From: an uncultured Clostridium sp.
GTDB lineage: Bacteria; Bacillota; Clostridia; TANB77; CAG-508
Length of the DNA: 40,000 nt
Direction: 5' to 3'
NCBI GenBank assembly: GCA_946499885.1
Contig: CAMMTN010000002.1
Coordinates: 85,085-125,084 of the forward strand
Below, one piece after another: positions 18,689-27,824 of this stretch (the first letter of the stretch is position 1; each line of letters begins with the position of its first letter). The notes below the pieces were generated by a model. That model saw only the letters and a list, made by a program, of their open reading frames with translations, did not search any database and had not been told where the DNA came from. Made by a program: the position numbers and the translations under genes.

Positions 18689-19312
18689 TTATTCTAAATT
18701 ATTATTTAATTCTTGTATATCTTCCCTTTCGGGCATTGGAGCCTCCGCATTTCCTTCTTCTATTATTTCATCTATTACAATTTGTCTGTTTTCATCTAAT
18801 TTATATTTTGGCAATTCTGGTAATTCATCTAAACTTGAAATTCCAAACATTTTTAAAAATTCTTTAGAAGTTTTATATGTCATAGGCCTTCCTGGTGCAT
18901 CTAACTTTCCTGCTTCTTCTATTAAATTATAATCTAATAATTTATATATTGTTCCATCAGTATTTACTCCTCTTATTGTTTCTATCTCTGCTCTTGTTAT
19001 TCTAGGATTATATGCAATTATAGACAAGGTTTCTAATGCTGCTTGCGATAAATTAGGTTTACTCCTTTTATCAAAAATTGGATAAATATATTCGTAATAT
19101 TCTTTTTTTGTACACATTTGAAAAGAATCTTCTAATTTTAGAATATCCAAACCTCTTTCTTCATTTTGGTAATCTTGTTTTAATGAATCTACTGCATTTA
19201 TAACCTCATTTGAACTCACTTCTAAAGTAGACATAAGTTCATTTATTTTTACATCTCTACCTGCTGCAAATAATATTGATTCAATTATACCTTTTATCTT
19301 TTTTAGTTCCAC
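18689..19312 (-). CDS. scpB: Segregation and condensation protein B
   Basis: [17 protein letters not shown]..., [31 protein letters not shown] start. Confidence 0.88.
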   Translation of the reverse strand: MELKKIKGIIESILFAAGRDVKINELMSTLEVSSNEVINAVDSLKQDYQNEERGLDILKLEDSFQMCTKKEYYEYIYPIFDKRSKPNLSQAALETLSIIAYNPRITRAEIETIRGVNTDGTIYKLLDYNLIEEAGKLDAPGRPMTYKTSKEFLKMFGISSLDELPELPKYKLDENRQIVIDEIIEEGNAEAPMPEREDIQELNNNLE

Positions 19313-19469
19313 TTTTTCTCATTCCTTCTAATTTTTTACATATAATATTCTACCATTTATTTTCTTTCTTGTAAACCACTTGACTTTACTAAATTTTACT
19401 TTTATAATTATGTTATAAAGGGACTTACTTATTACATTTATGATTAAAATCAGTTGGAGGTATTTATAT

Positions 19470-19730
19470 ATGTATACATACAATAAAGATGATAAATCAT
19501 ATACTTTTTCTTTTGATGATTTAGACATAGATAATTTAATTAATTCTAATGAAAGTGAAGAAAACCAAGATGATGAATCTAATACTTCAAATCCCAAACC
19601 AAAAAAAATAGAGGTTATTAATGGTGGAAATGATTTAGATATTTCTCCAGTTACAGATTATCTTGAAGTAGAAAAACCTAAAAACGAAAAAAAAGAAAAT
19701 ATAGTGATTCCAGAAAATAACAACAACTAA
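19470..19730 (+). CDS. Small acidic hypothetical protein (86 aa)
   Basis: ATG at 19470 lies 9 nt after GGAGG, and a strong terminator follows directly. No recognisable domain. Confidence 0.5.
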   Translation: MYTYNKDDKSYTFSFDDLDIDNLINSNESEENQDDESNTSNPKPKKIEVINGGNDLDISPVTDYLEVEKPKNEKKENIVIPENNNN

Positions 19731-19734
19731 CATC

Positions 19735-19765
19735 AAAAAATTCAGGCTTTTGCCTGAATTTTTTT
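19735..19765. terminator. Bidirectional rho-independent terminator
   Basis: AAAAAATTCAGGC, loop TTTT, GCCTGAATTTTTTT. Confidence 0.85.
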
Positions 19766-19807
19766 AGGAATTTTTTATGTTCAATCTTTTGTTTGAATCT
19801 ATATATT

Positions 19808-20500
19808 TTATATAGCTTCCTTATTTTCTTCTTGTGCTTCATTATTATCTGAATCTTTATTTATTACTTCTAATGTTGCAACAGATACTTCATAAGCCAC
19901 TCTATTTTCAATAGTTCCATCTTCATGTTTTTTCTCATATTGTCTTGATTGAACTCTACCTACTACTCTTATTTCAGTTCCAACTGCTACTGTATCACAG
20001 AATTTAGCATTTCTTCCCCATGCAATACAAGGAATATAATCTGATTTGTTGTATGATCTATTTACTGCTAATAATATATCTGCAATTTCTCTTCCAAAAG
20101 GTGTTTTTCTGTATATTGGTTTTCTACAAATATATCCATCAAGAACAACTTCGTTTGTAATAAAGTCTTTTCCTACTGGTATATCTGCTTCTTGATCTGC
20201 TAATATTTCTATATTTTTAGCAAATACAGTAAGTACTAGTCTATTTTTTTCACCTTCATAACTGTTATAAGATCTGAATTGACCTGTTACAGACATTTTT
20301 GTTTCTAATGGTAATCCTGTTTCTGTTATTAATCTTTCTGAAATAGTAATTGGTATACTATCATTGTTTCCACTTAAACGTGGTACACTTAAATCAAATA
20401 CATAAAATTTTTCTCCATAAATTTCATGACTTAATCTTTTTTCGCTTGCTACCTTTCCCACTAATGTAATGTGGTTATTGTCTAAATACAAAGTATTCAC
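19808..20500 (-). CDS. SSB-like protein with two tandem OB folds
   Basis: GTG start after GGGGGAGG. Two OB-like halves: ITLVGKV...VTGQFRSYN...RLVLTVFAKNIE and VVLDGYICRKP...IPCIAWGRNA...IRVVGRVQSRQYEKK...RVAYEVSV. Acidic tail without a DDIPF-type tip. Confidence 0.65.
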   Translation of the reverse strand: MNTLYLDNNHITLVGKVASEKRLSHEIYGEKFYVFDLSVPRLSGNNDSIPITISERLITETGLPLETKMSVTGQFRSYNSYEGEKNRLVLTVFAKNIEILADQEADIPVGKDFITNEVVLDGYICRKPIYRKTPFGREIADILLAVNRSYNKSDYIPCIAWGRNAKFCDTVAVGTEIRVVGRVQSRQYEKKHEDGTIENRVAYEVSVATLEVINKDSDNNEAQEENKEAI

Positions 20501-20661
20501 TTAAATTTCCTCCCCCATTTGTTTCTTTTTTATTTTTTCTAGTAACAAATTTAAAATCGTTTTCATTCATATTACTTATTATACTACGTTTTTTTGGTTT
20601 TGTCTACATAAAATGTTATTTTTTTGCATTTTTTTATTATTTTTTTATTTTAATATATTGT

Positions 20662-21132
20662 TCAAGCATATATTTTTTTAATTATAAATATAGCTATACT
20701 TATATATTTTTCAATATTTTCTTCTATTTCTAGTCTAAATTCCTGTGGTTCTATTTCTATATTTTCACTGTTATAAATATTTCTTTGTAAACAAATTATT
20801 ATATATTTTTCTTCTATACTAGATACTGTGAATGTAGATTTTGAATTAAATCCATATGTTATAATTGTTAAATTCAAATTATTTAATGTTTCAAAATTCA
20901 TTTGTATATCAGTATTTAGTATTATAATTTTGGCATCAGCTATTATTTTTCTAAGTTCTATTTTATTATTTATTTTGTTATCTATTATTATTACTTCAAA
21001 TTTTATGTTTTTTATATTTGTAATATTCCTATCATTTATAAATATTATATTGTCAGTTGGTATAATTCCTGATAGTTCTCTTTTTACATATTGTTCATTT
21101 TTTTGATTAGTAATAACTCCTACAAAAAACAT
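20662..21132 (-). CDS. Hypothetical protein (156 aa)
   Basis: Long ORF with the same strand and codon style as its neighbours. No motif recognised. Confidence 0.55.
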   Translation of the reverse strand: MFFVGVITNQKNEQYVKRELSGIIPTDNIIFINDRNITNIKNIKFEVIIIDNKINNKIELRKIIADAKIIILNTDIQMNFETLNNLNLTIITYGFNSKSTFTVSSIEEKYIIICLQRNIYNSENIEIEPQEFRLEIEENIEKYISIAIFIIKKIYA

Positions 21133-21217
21133 TTTTTACTCCTAAAATTTCATTTATTAATTAGTATATATTATTTATAATTATTCAAAGTTTATACATA
21201 AAAAACATATTTTTACT

Positions 21218-21406
21218 TTATTCAATTGAATTATTTACTTCATTAAAAAAATTCATACTATTTACTTCAGTAATATTACTAGAAGTTTCTACTATCTTGT
21301 TATTTGCCATATCATTTAACCCAGAAGCTGCTACAAATAATATTACAACTGTGCATATAGCAATAACATATGAAAATATTTTAGATTTATCTATAACAAA
21401 AAACAT
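21218..21406 (-). CDS. Small membrane-anchored hypothetical protein (62 aa)
   Basis: N-terminal TM helix (IFSYVIAICTVVILFVAA), with an AGGTTT/GGAGG-like sequence upstream. Confidence 0.45.
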   Translation of the reverse strand: MFFVIDKSKIFSYVIAICTVVILFVAASGLNDMANNKIVETSSNITEVNSMNFFNEVNNSIE

Positions 21407-21469
21407 ACATAAACCTCCAATTATAAGTTAATATGATTATATGTATATAATTGGAAATTTATGCATTTT

Positions 21470-22255
21470 TTATCCAATTTTATTTAGCTGTATATTTGTA
21501 TTATTCATTATTTTTTTAGCAACTTCTATAAAATTACATTCCAAATCTGTTAAGTATATATTTGTTTTAGAAATATTACTTTGTTCATTAATAATATTAT
21601 TGCTATTCAAAAATTCTTTAACTTTCCTTGCAACCATTTTACCCGTGTTTATTATCTCAACATTTTCTCCCAATTCACTTTGTATTATTTGTTCAAATAA
21701 TGGGTAATGCGTACATCCTAATATTAATGCATCAACATTTCCAATATTTTTTAAATATTCATGTATAGTAAGTTTTGCTATTTCATTATCTATCCAACCT
21801 TCTTCTGCCATCGGTGCTAAAAGAGGACATGCCTTTGATTCAATTCTTGCATCCATTATCTCTTTTTCTATCTCTTTTTGCCATCCTTTACTTCTTATAG
21901 TACCTGTAGTAGCAATAACTCCTATTTTTTTTAATTTTTTTCCTTTTAAATATTCTACTGTTGGCTGAATAATACCAATAATAGGTATATTAAAATTTTT
22001 TTTCATTTCATTTAATGCTTGACTTGTTGCTGTACCGCAAGCTATTACTATTAATTTTACATCTAATTCAATTAAATTCTCAATTCTTTTTTTACATAAT
22101 TCTATAATTGTTTGTTTGGATTTACTACCATATGGAAAATTTCCCGTATCACCTATGTATATATAATTTTCATTTTTCATTTGTCCTTGTAATTCTTTAA
22201 GTACAGTTAAACCACCAACTCCAGAGTCAAATACTCCTATTGCTCTACTATCCAT
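21470..22255 (-). CDS. murI: Glutamate racemase
   Basis: IGVFDSGVGGLTVLKEL, IACGTATS, LGCTHYPL. Confidence 0.93.
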   Translation of the reverse strand: MDSRAIGVFDSGVGGLTVLKELQGQMKNENYIYIGDTGNFPYGSKSKQTIIELCKKRIENLIELDVKLIVIACGTATSQALNEMKKNFNIPIIGIIQPTVEYLKGKKLKKIGVIATTGTIRSKGWQKEIEKEIMDARIESKACPLLAPMAEEGWIDNEIAKLTIHEYLKNIGNVDALILGCTHYPLFEQIIQSELGENVEIINTGKMVARKVKEFLNSNNIINEQSNISKTNIYLTDLECNFIEVAKKIMNNTNIQLNKIG

Positions 22256-22267
22256 TTTTCACTCCTA

Positions 22268-22444
22268 TTATCTTTCTTCTCTTTCACTATCTAAATTTTT
22301 AGAAAAACTTGATACATCAAAATTTTTTCTTTTTGCAGCTTCTTCCAATGCTTTTTTAAATTTTTTTCCTTCATCTCTTGATTTACTAGTAGAACATCTT
22401 GTGGAACCTATACCACTTACTTTTTCAACTTTTCTTATAGACAC
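22268..22444 (-). CDS. Unannotated small basic ORF (58 aa) immediately upstream of murI
   Basis: Below the track cutoff. GTG at 22442-22444 after GAGGGGATGA. Translation is MSIRKVEKVSGIGSTRCSTSKSRDEGKKFKKALEEAAKRKNFDVSSFSKNLDSEREER. The stop lies 12 nt before the murI ATG. Confidence 0.3.
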   Translation of the reverse strand: MSIRKVEKVSGIGSTRCSTSKSRDEGKKFKKALEEAAKRKNFDVSSFSKNLDSEREER

Positions 22445-22565
22445 ACTTCATCATCCCCTCTTATTTTATATAATCTATTATACTATTTTTTTATTATTTT
22501 TCTACATTATATCACATTTTTTTTACTTTTACATAATATATACTAAGCTAATTGCTTAAGAAAGG

Positions 22566-23078
22566 ATGATTAAAGTTATGGAATATGAAAAAAATATATG
22601 CCCAGTATTAAATGTAGACGGTATTTTAGCTGCAGGTAAACAATTTGATTTAGAAGTAACTTTACCAGAAGATAATAGAGATGTTATATATGGTATTGTT
22701 AAAGATTGTTGTCATGAACCAGTAGCTGATGCTGTAGTAAAGCTTGTAGAAGTTGTATGTGAATGCGGAAAAGAAGAAAGAAGACCTGTTTCCCATACTT
22801 TTACTGATGAAAATGGTGAATTTGTTTTTGGCCCTCTTTGTGCAAACAGATTCTATGAAATAGAAATCTGGGTAGATAGAGTTAAACATTGTAAAATATG
22901 TACTAAAGTAGAACATGATAAAGATTGCTTAAAAGGTATTAAATTAGATTGTAAAAAAGACTGTAATAAACCTTGTAAAGATGAAAAAAAATGCCAATGT
23001 AATGAAAAACCAAATGAAGAAGATAAATGCGAAAAAAAATGTGAAAGACCTTGCAAACCTTGCTGTAGACCTTTCTAA
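22566..23078 (+). CDS. Cysteine-rich protein (19 Cys in 170 aa) with a prealbumin/CarboxypepD_reg-like core and a K/C-rich tail; possible spore-coat or exosporium component
   Basis: Core is ADAVVKLVE...TDENGEFVFGPL...YEIEIW. Tail is CKICTKVEHDKDCLKGIKLDCKKDCNKPCKDEKKCQCNEKPNEEDKCEKKCERPCKPCCRPF. The start may be the ATG at 22578. Confidence 0.7.
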   Translation: MIKVMEYEKNICPVLNVDGILAAGKQFDLEVTLPEDNRDVIYGIVKDCCHEPVADAVVKLVEVVCECGKEERRPVSHTFTDENGEFVFGPLCANRFYEIEIWVDRVKHCKICTKVEHDKDCLKGIKLDCKKDCNKPCKDEKKCQCNEKPNEEDKCEKKCERPCKPCCRPF

Positions 23079-23091
23079 CTAAAAGAATTTA

Positions 23092-23127
23092 CACCAAGAA
23101 TGTTAATCATTCTTGGTGTTTTAATTT
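23092..23127. terminator. Bidirectional terminator
   Basis: ACACCAAGAATG, loop TTAAT, CATTCTTGGTGT, then TTTAATTT. Confidence 0.8.
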
Positions 23128-23141
23128 ATGCATTTTTCAAT

Positions 23142-23288
23142 TACATTATCCCCATTTTTCTAGCAAATTGTCTCCCCATTTTAACCATTTTTCTTCTACT
23201 TGGTTGCATTGATTCTGAGCAAGCCATAGCTACACCTGCTGATATTAAACCACCTATTAACATTCCTTTAACAAATTTCATACTCATA
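23142..23288 (-). CDS. Unannotated small ORF (48 aa), one hydrophobic helix plus a basic tail
   Basis: ATG at 23286-23288 lies 7 nt after AAGGAGG. Translation is MSMKFVKGMLIGGLISAGVAMACSESMQPSRRKMVKMGRQFARKMGIM. It ends at the 23092-23127 terminator. Confidence 0.5.
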
Positions 23289-23304
23289 TATTTCCTCCTT
23301 TATA

Positions 23305-23700
23305 TCATTTTATAGTATTATTCCTATTTTTTTCTTTTCTATACGTATTATATAAAGAATAAATTTCATATATTGCAATTATTATTAAAAATACTCCAAA
23401 GCATTTTTTTAGAATTCTAACATCCATTCTTATTGCTATATTAGAACCTATAAATGCTCCTATAATTCCACAAATGCATATTGGCAATCCTACTTTAAAT
23501 TTTATATTTTTATTTTTTATAAACATAAAAATAGCAGCTATAGCTGTTGGAACAAAAAAAATCACATTCGTGGCTTGAGCAATATGTTGTTCTATTCCTA
23601 AGAATAATGATAATAACAAAATTAATACTGTTCCTCCACCCATTCCTAATCCACTAACTACTCCTGCTATAAAACCTATAATTATTTCCTGCATATTCAC
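23305..23700 (-). CDS. TauE/SafE-family anion exporter, C-terminal half-size subunit
   Basis: 4 TM helices. GFIAGVVSGLGMGGGTVLILLL is typical of TauE repeat units. Confidence 0.8.
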   Translation of the reverse strand: MNMQEIIIGFIAGVVSGLGMGGGTVLILLLSLFLGIEQHIAQATNVIFFVPTAIAAIFMFIKNKNIKFKVGLPICICGIIGAFIGSNIAIRMDVRILKKCFGVFLIIIAIYEIYSLYNTYRKEKNRNNTIK

Positions 23701-24041
23701 CTCATAATAATATTAATTCCTGCATATAAAAGGAAGATTATGAAAATAATTTTAAGATATTTATCCTTTACTTTATTAAGCAATTTTCCTCCTACTATGC
23801 CACCAAATATCCCTCCAATTGCACACTTTATTCCTAAGTTCAAATCTATAAAATTATTTTTACTATATACTATAGCAGTAATTATTACCATCGGTAGTAT
23901 ACAAAAAATAGATGTAGCTCTTGCATCTTTCTCATTTAGTTTTATTACATATGTATATAGTGGTACTAATATAAGTCCTCCACCAGATGCGAAAAGCCCA
24001 CTAATAATTCCAACTATAATCCCAATTAATACATTCTTCAT
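23697..24041 (-). CDS. TauE/SafE-family anion exporter, N-terminal half-size subunit
   Basis: The ATG at 24041 is preferred over the track's TTG at 24071. GIIVGIISGLFASGGGLILVPL. ATGA overlap with the next gene. Confidence 0.8.
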   Translation of the reverse strand: MKNVLIGIIVGIISGLFASGGGLILVPLYTYVIKLNEKDARATSIFCILPMVIITAIVYSKNNFIDLNLGIKCAIGGIFGGIVGGKLLNKVKDKYLKIIFIIFLLYAGINIIMR

Positions 24042-24082
24042 TATACACACTCTCAATTTTAGTATGTACAAAATGATTTTTT

Positions 24083-24319
24083 TTATTCTTTTTTTGAATT
24101 TTTAAGTCCACTTTTATAAAATTTTATAAATTCCTTTTCAGCTAATTTAGTTAATATATCATCACAGCGTAGCATCTGCCCTACTACTTTACTCTTTAAA
24201 CTTTCATCTTCAATATTGTCTGCCTTATCTAAAAAGCTCTGTAATTCTTTTAAATATTCTTTATTTTTTTCTTTCCAATTTCTATCTTTTTTTAAATAAT
24301 TATATTTTTCATTAAACAT
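24083..24319 (-). CDS. Hypothetical charged helical protein (78 aa)
   Basis: ORF co-oriented with and abutting the TauE genes. No motif recognised. Confidence 0.45.
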   Translation of the reverse strand: MFNEKYNYLKKDRNWKEKNKEYLKELQSFLDKADNIEDESLKSKVVGQMLRCDDILTKLAEKEFIKFYKSGLKNSKKE

Positions 24320-24488
24320 ATTGCACCTTCTTTTTACTTTTATAGTACTTTTTATTACTCTTATAGTTATTTTTTAGTCTGTATGTGTAATTTTAATACA
24401 TTGCGTGATAAAATACAAGTATATTGCAAAATATGACAAATTTTGACTTTGCATATTTATACAATTTAATAATGGAAGGTTGTGAAAT

Positions 24489-24719
24489 ATGATCAAAATT
24501 AAACTATCTGATTTATTAGGCAAGCATAAAATGACACAGGCTGCATTAGCAAGGGCTACACATATCCGACCAGCTACTATATCAAAGATGTACTATGAAG
24601 AATCTAAGCGTTTAGATATTTCACAAATAAATCGTATCTGCGAAGTATTTAATTGTGAAATATCTGATTTGTTTGAGTATATTTCTGATAATCAAAGCGA
24701 TCGTGATAATTCTGATTAA
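24489..24719 (+). CDS. XRE/Cro-C1-family helix-turn-helix transcriptional regulator
   Basis: LGKHKMTQAALARATHIRPATISKMYYEE...ICEVFNCEISDLFEY. Confidence 0.88.
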   Translation: MIKIKLSDLLGKHKMTQAALARATHIRPATISKMYYEESKRLDISQINRICEVFNCEISDLFEYISDNQSDRDNSD

Positions 24720-24749
24720 ATATAACCTATCGGTTTAGTTTAATTATAT

Positions 24750-24784
24750 AATAAATACTAGCGTATATGCTAGTATTTATTTTC
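24750..24784. terminator. Rho-independent terminator
   Basis: AATAAATACTAGC, a 6-nt loop, GCTAGTATTTATT, then TT. Confidence 0.7.
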
Positions 24785-24846
24785 GTATTGTATTAAATTT
24801 ACCTTTTATTTTCTTCTTTTTTCTCTTAATTACTCTTTTTTTTAGC

Positions 24847-25983
24847 CTATTTCATTATTTTCTTTAGCGTTAAAATTAAATAATCTATATCGTCCTTTGT
24901 ATTATCTTTTCCAAAAGAAAATCTAAGTGTTCCATTAATTATATCTATACCTAGCCCTATTGCTGTTAAAACATGTGAAGGCATAGGATTTGAAGTAGAG
25001 CATGCGGAACCTGCTGAAGCACATATTCCGTTTTCATCTAATTTAAATAGTAGCTCTTGGCTATCTATGTTTTTAAAACTAATATTTACATTTCCTGGTA
25101 GTCTTTTTTCTAAATCACCATTTATCTGAATATCTTTAAAATTCTTTTTTAGCTCTGAAATGTAGTAATCTCTCAATTCTTTTAATTTTGCATTATATCC
25201 ATCAAATTCATCATATATTGTTTCTATTGCTTTACCTAATGCTACTATTTCTGCTACATTTTCAGTACCTGCTCTTTTATTTTTTTCTTGTTCTCCTCCA
25301 TCTTGAAGCTTTTCAAAATTTATTCCATTTTTTACATATAAAGATCCAACTCCTTTAGGAGCATAAAATTTATGTCCTGATAAAGATAGCATATCTATAT
25401 TTAATTTTTCTACATCTATTTTTAAATTTCCAACTGCTTGAACAGCATCTGTATGAAAAACTATACCTTTTTGCCTTGCTATTTTTCCAATTTCTTCTAT
25501 TGGCTCTATTGTACCTATTTCATTGTTTGCAAACATTATTGTTATTAATATTGTTTCTTTTGTAATACTATTTGCTAATTCATTTAGATTAATAAATCCT
25601 TTCTCATCCACATTTAAATATGTTACTTTAAACCCTTGCTTTTCCAATGTTTTGCAAGAATCTAATACTGCGTGATGTTCTATTTTACTTGTAATAATAT
25701 GATTTCCTTTATTTTTATTAGCATAAGCAAATCCTTTTATTGCTAAATTATCACTTTCACTACCACATGATGTAAAATATACTTCATGTGAATTGCAATT
25801 GAGTACTGATGCTACTTGATTTCTTGCTTTGTTTATTGCTCTTTTAGCATTTCTACCTAAAGAATACATAACAGATGCATTTCCATATTCTATTTCTAAA
25901 TATGGTATCATCTCCTTAATTACTTCTTCTCTTACAGGTGTGGTTGCTGCATGGTCAAAATATCTAATTTTCATTTTATTCAC
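24847..25983 (-). CDS. nifS: Cysteine desulfurase (NifS/IscS class V aminotransferase)
   Basis: PLP-Lys region SLSGHKFYAPKGVGSLYV and active-site loop SAGSACS. Confidence 0.9.
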   Translation of the reverse strand: MNKMKIRYFDHAATTPVREEVIKEMIPYLEIEYGNASVMYSLGRNAKRAINKARNQVASVLNCNSHEVYFTSCGSESDNLAIKGFAYANKNKGNHIITSKIEHHAVLDSCKTLEKQGFKVTYLNVDEKGFINLNELANSITKETILITIMFANNEIGTIEPIEEIGKIARQKGIVFHTDAVQAVGNLKIDVEKLNIDMLSLSGHKFYAPKGVGSLYVKNGINFEKLQDGGEQEKNKRAGTENVAEIVALGKAIETIYDEFDGYNAKLKELRDYYISELKKNFKDIQINGDLEKRLPGNVNISFKNIDSQELLFKLDENGICASAGSACSTSNPMPSHVLTAIGLGIDIINGTLRFSFGKDNTKDDIDYLILTLKKIMK

Positions 25984-26027
25984 CCTTGTTCTAATTTATT
26001 AATATATTATAACTTTTAACAGAACAA

Positions 26028-26061
26028 AAAAGTTACATATATTTTATTATATGTAACTTTT
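26028..26061 (-). terminator. Terminator after the 116-aa gene
   Basis: AAAAGTTACATATA, a 6-nt loop, TATATGTAACTTTT. A T-run follows on the minus strand. Confidence 0.65.
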
Positions 26062-26411
26062 CATTTATTATTACTTGTTTGCTCTTTATTCCATCTAGAT
26101 ACTCGAATATTTTTATATGCATCTAATACTTGTGAATATTTTCTATATTCTTCTTCCCAAATCATATTTGGTATTTTATCAAATGCGTTAAATACCTTTT
26201 CAGCTTCACTTAAAAATATTATTTGTTCTTGTGGATTCATTTTTTCATATTTTCTTGAAAAAATATATAGTTTATCAAGCATTTGATTTGCTTGTATGAA
26301 CCCCCAAAAATCTTTTACCTTTATTCCAGCAAGTTTAAGCTGAAATATTGAAAAAGAAATTAATCCAAATATTATAAGTAATAGTATATATATTATTATG
26401 GCTATTTCCAT
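26061..26411 (-). CDS. Hypothetical membrane-anchored protein (116 aa)
   Basis: N-terminal TM helix (IAIIIYILLLIIFGLISFSIF), and a terminator follows. Confidence 0.55.
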   Translation of the reverse strand: MEIAIIIYILLLIIFGLISFSIFQLKLAGIKVKDFWGFIQANQMLDKLYIFSRKYEKMNPQEQIIFLSEAEKVFNAFDKIPNMIWEEEYRKYSQVLDAYKNIRVSRWNKEQTSNNK

Positions 26412-26606
26412 GTTTCTTTCCTCTCTTGTAAATATACATACATTATATCATTTGAATTTTTATTATTCAAGGTATTATAAGAAAAATATAAATAACTTTT
26501 TCTATTTTAGTAATTAATCCTACACAAATATTTTTCTTATAAGTTCTGTATTTGTTTTTTATCTAAAGTTTCTTTTTACATTTAATTCTAGCCTGTCACA
26601 CTATGT

Positions 26607-27824
26607 CTACTTTATATATAAAGTTGGTCTAGATGAAAGGTCATTGTATTCATTATGGTAGGTACCGTGAGTGTTTCGAATAGAAGCTTTATCATTTTTT
26701 GACATAGAAATTTGGAAACTACCTCCTCTGCCTATACGAGCATAACGATAATTAGCTTCTTGTGTCCATTCTCCACAATTTCCTGCTAAATCATATACAT
26801 TATTTGCTTTCCAGCTTTCACTGTATCCCGATGTTCTTTTTATATCAGTTGCATAATTTCCCCAACTACTTGAATCGCTATTTACTTCTGAATCAGTCTT
26901 TTCTTCTGTTTCTATTAGCCAATTCATTACTTCGTCCCACTGATTTCCATATATCATTGTACTTTGTGCATAAGAACTACTTACTACATTTGTACATGCT
27001 TTTTTTAAATTATACCAATTTTGATTTGTTATTACATCTTTTCCTTTTTCTACTGTTGGATTTTCTACTGTCCCTGTTATCTCGAATCTTCCTATATAAA
27101 ATCCATCATATTTTTGTATGCTTTCATATGTTGCATTATATTCTTCTACCATTGCATCTGCCATTGCACCAATATTTGTATATCCTAATATAGTTTTGTA
27201 ATACTGTTCATCTGTATCATATCCCGAAAGTACATCTGGTTCTCTAATTCCTCTATCTTTCAAAATATCTCCTGGAGTTGTTGTTGTATAATTATCTCCA
27301 ATTCTTACTCTTAAATTACTATATATATTTGTTTTTGTTGTCACACCTGTTAATGTTTTTTCTTCTCCTGTAGTATTATACATCTCTGCTAAACTTTCAT
27401 CATCTACTGGTATCCATACAAATTGTTTTGTATTACCTTCGTTTGTTATTACTATTCCATCATCTATTTCATTTGGTGAATCTGTTGCTATTCCAAATCC
27501 TCCTGGCACATATAATATCTTTCCACTTGCATCACTTATTTTTGTTGTTCTTGTAAATACCTTATTTCTTGTTACATCTGCTATTTTTGTTGGTTCTTGC
27601 TCTGTTGGATCTCCTACTATGTTTGTATACTCTTGTAACAAATTATTAATTCCCTCTTCTTCATTTTTTGTTGCTTCTTCTGCCATTTCTTTTGCCTCTT
27701 CTGCCTTTTTTATTAATCCATTTTCTCCTAATACTGCATTTATTGTTACTGTTGCTAAAATTATTAGTATTACTATTGTTATAACTAAGGCAACTAGCGT
27801 TATTCCTTTATTTTTATATATCAT
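26607..27824 (-). CDS. FGE-sulfatase (SUMF1/formylglycine-generating-enzyme-like) domain protein with a pilin-like hydrophobic N-terminus
   Basis: Likely start is MIYKNKGITLVALVITIVILIILATV (ATG 27824); the track start is 27845. C-terminal motifs are FVWIPV, GNQWDEVMNW, YDLAGNCGEWTQE and RIGRGGSF. Confidence 0.75.
   Translation of the reverse strand: MIYKNKGITLVALVITIVILIILATVTINAVLGENGLIKKAEEAKEMAEEATKNEEEGINNLLQEYTNIVGDPTEQEPTKIADVTRNKVFTRTTKISDASGKILYVPGGFGIATDSPNEIDDGIVITNEGNTKQFVWIPVDDESLAEMYNTTGEEKTLTGVTTKTNIYSNLRVRIGDNYTTTTPGDILKDRGIREPDVLSGYDTDEQYYKTILGYTNIGAMADAMVEEYNATYESIQKYDGFYIGRFEITGTVENPTVEKGKDVITNQNWYNLKKACTNVVSSSYAQSTMIYGNQWDEVMNWLIETEEKTDSEVNSDSSSWGNYATDIKRTSGYSESWKANNVYDLAGNCGEWTQEANYRYARIGRGGSFQISMSKNDKASIRNTHGTYHNEYNDLSSRPTLYIK

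Noticed and set aside
19328-19597. 89-aa minus-strand ORF upstream of scpB (a possible scpA remnant)
   Set aside because: It has no similarity to ScpA and no RBS. It overlaps the better-supported plus-strand small ORF, which has GGAGG and a terminator.
23100-23315. 71-aa plus-strand ORF
   Set aside because: It starts inside the terminator hairpin and is antisense to a 48-aa ORF with a near-consensus RBS.
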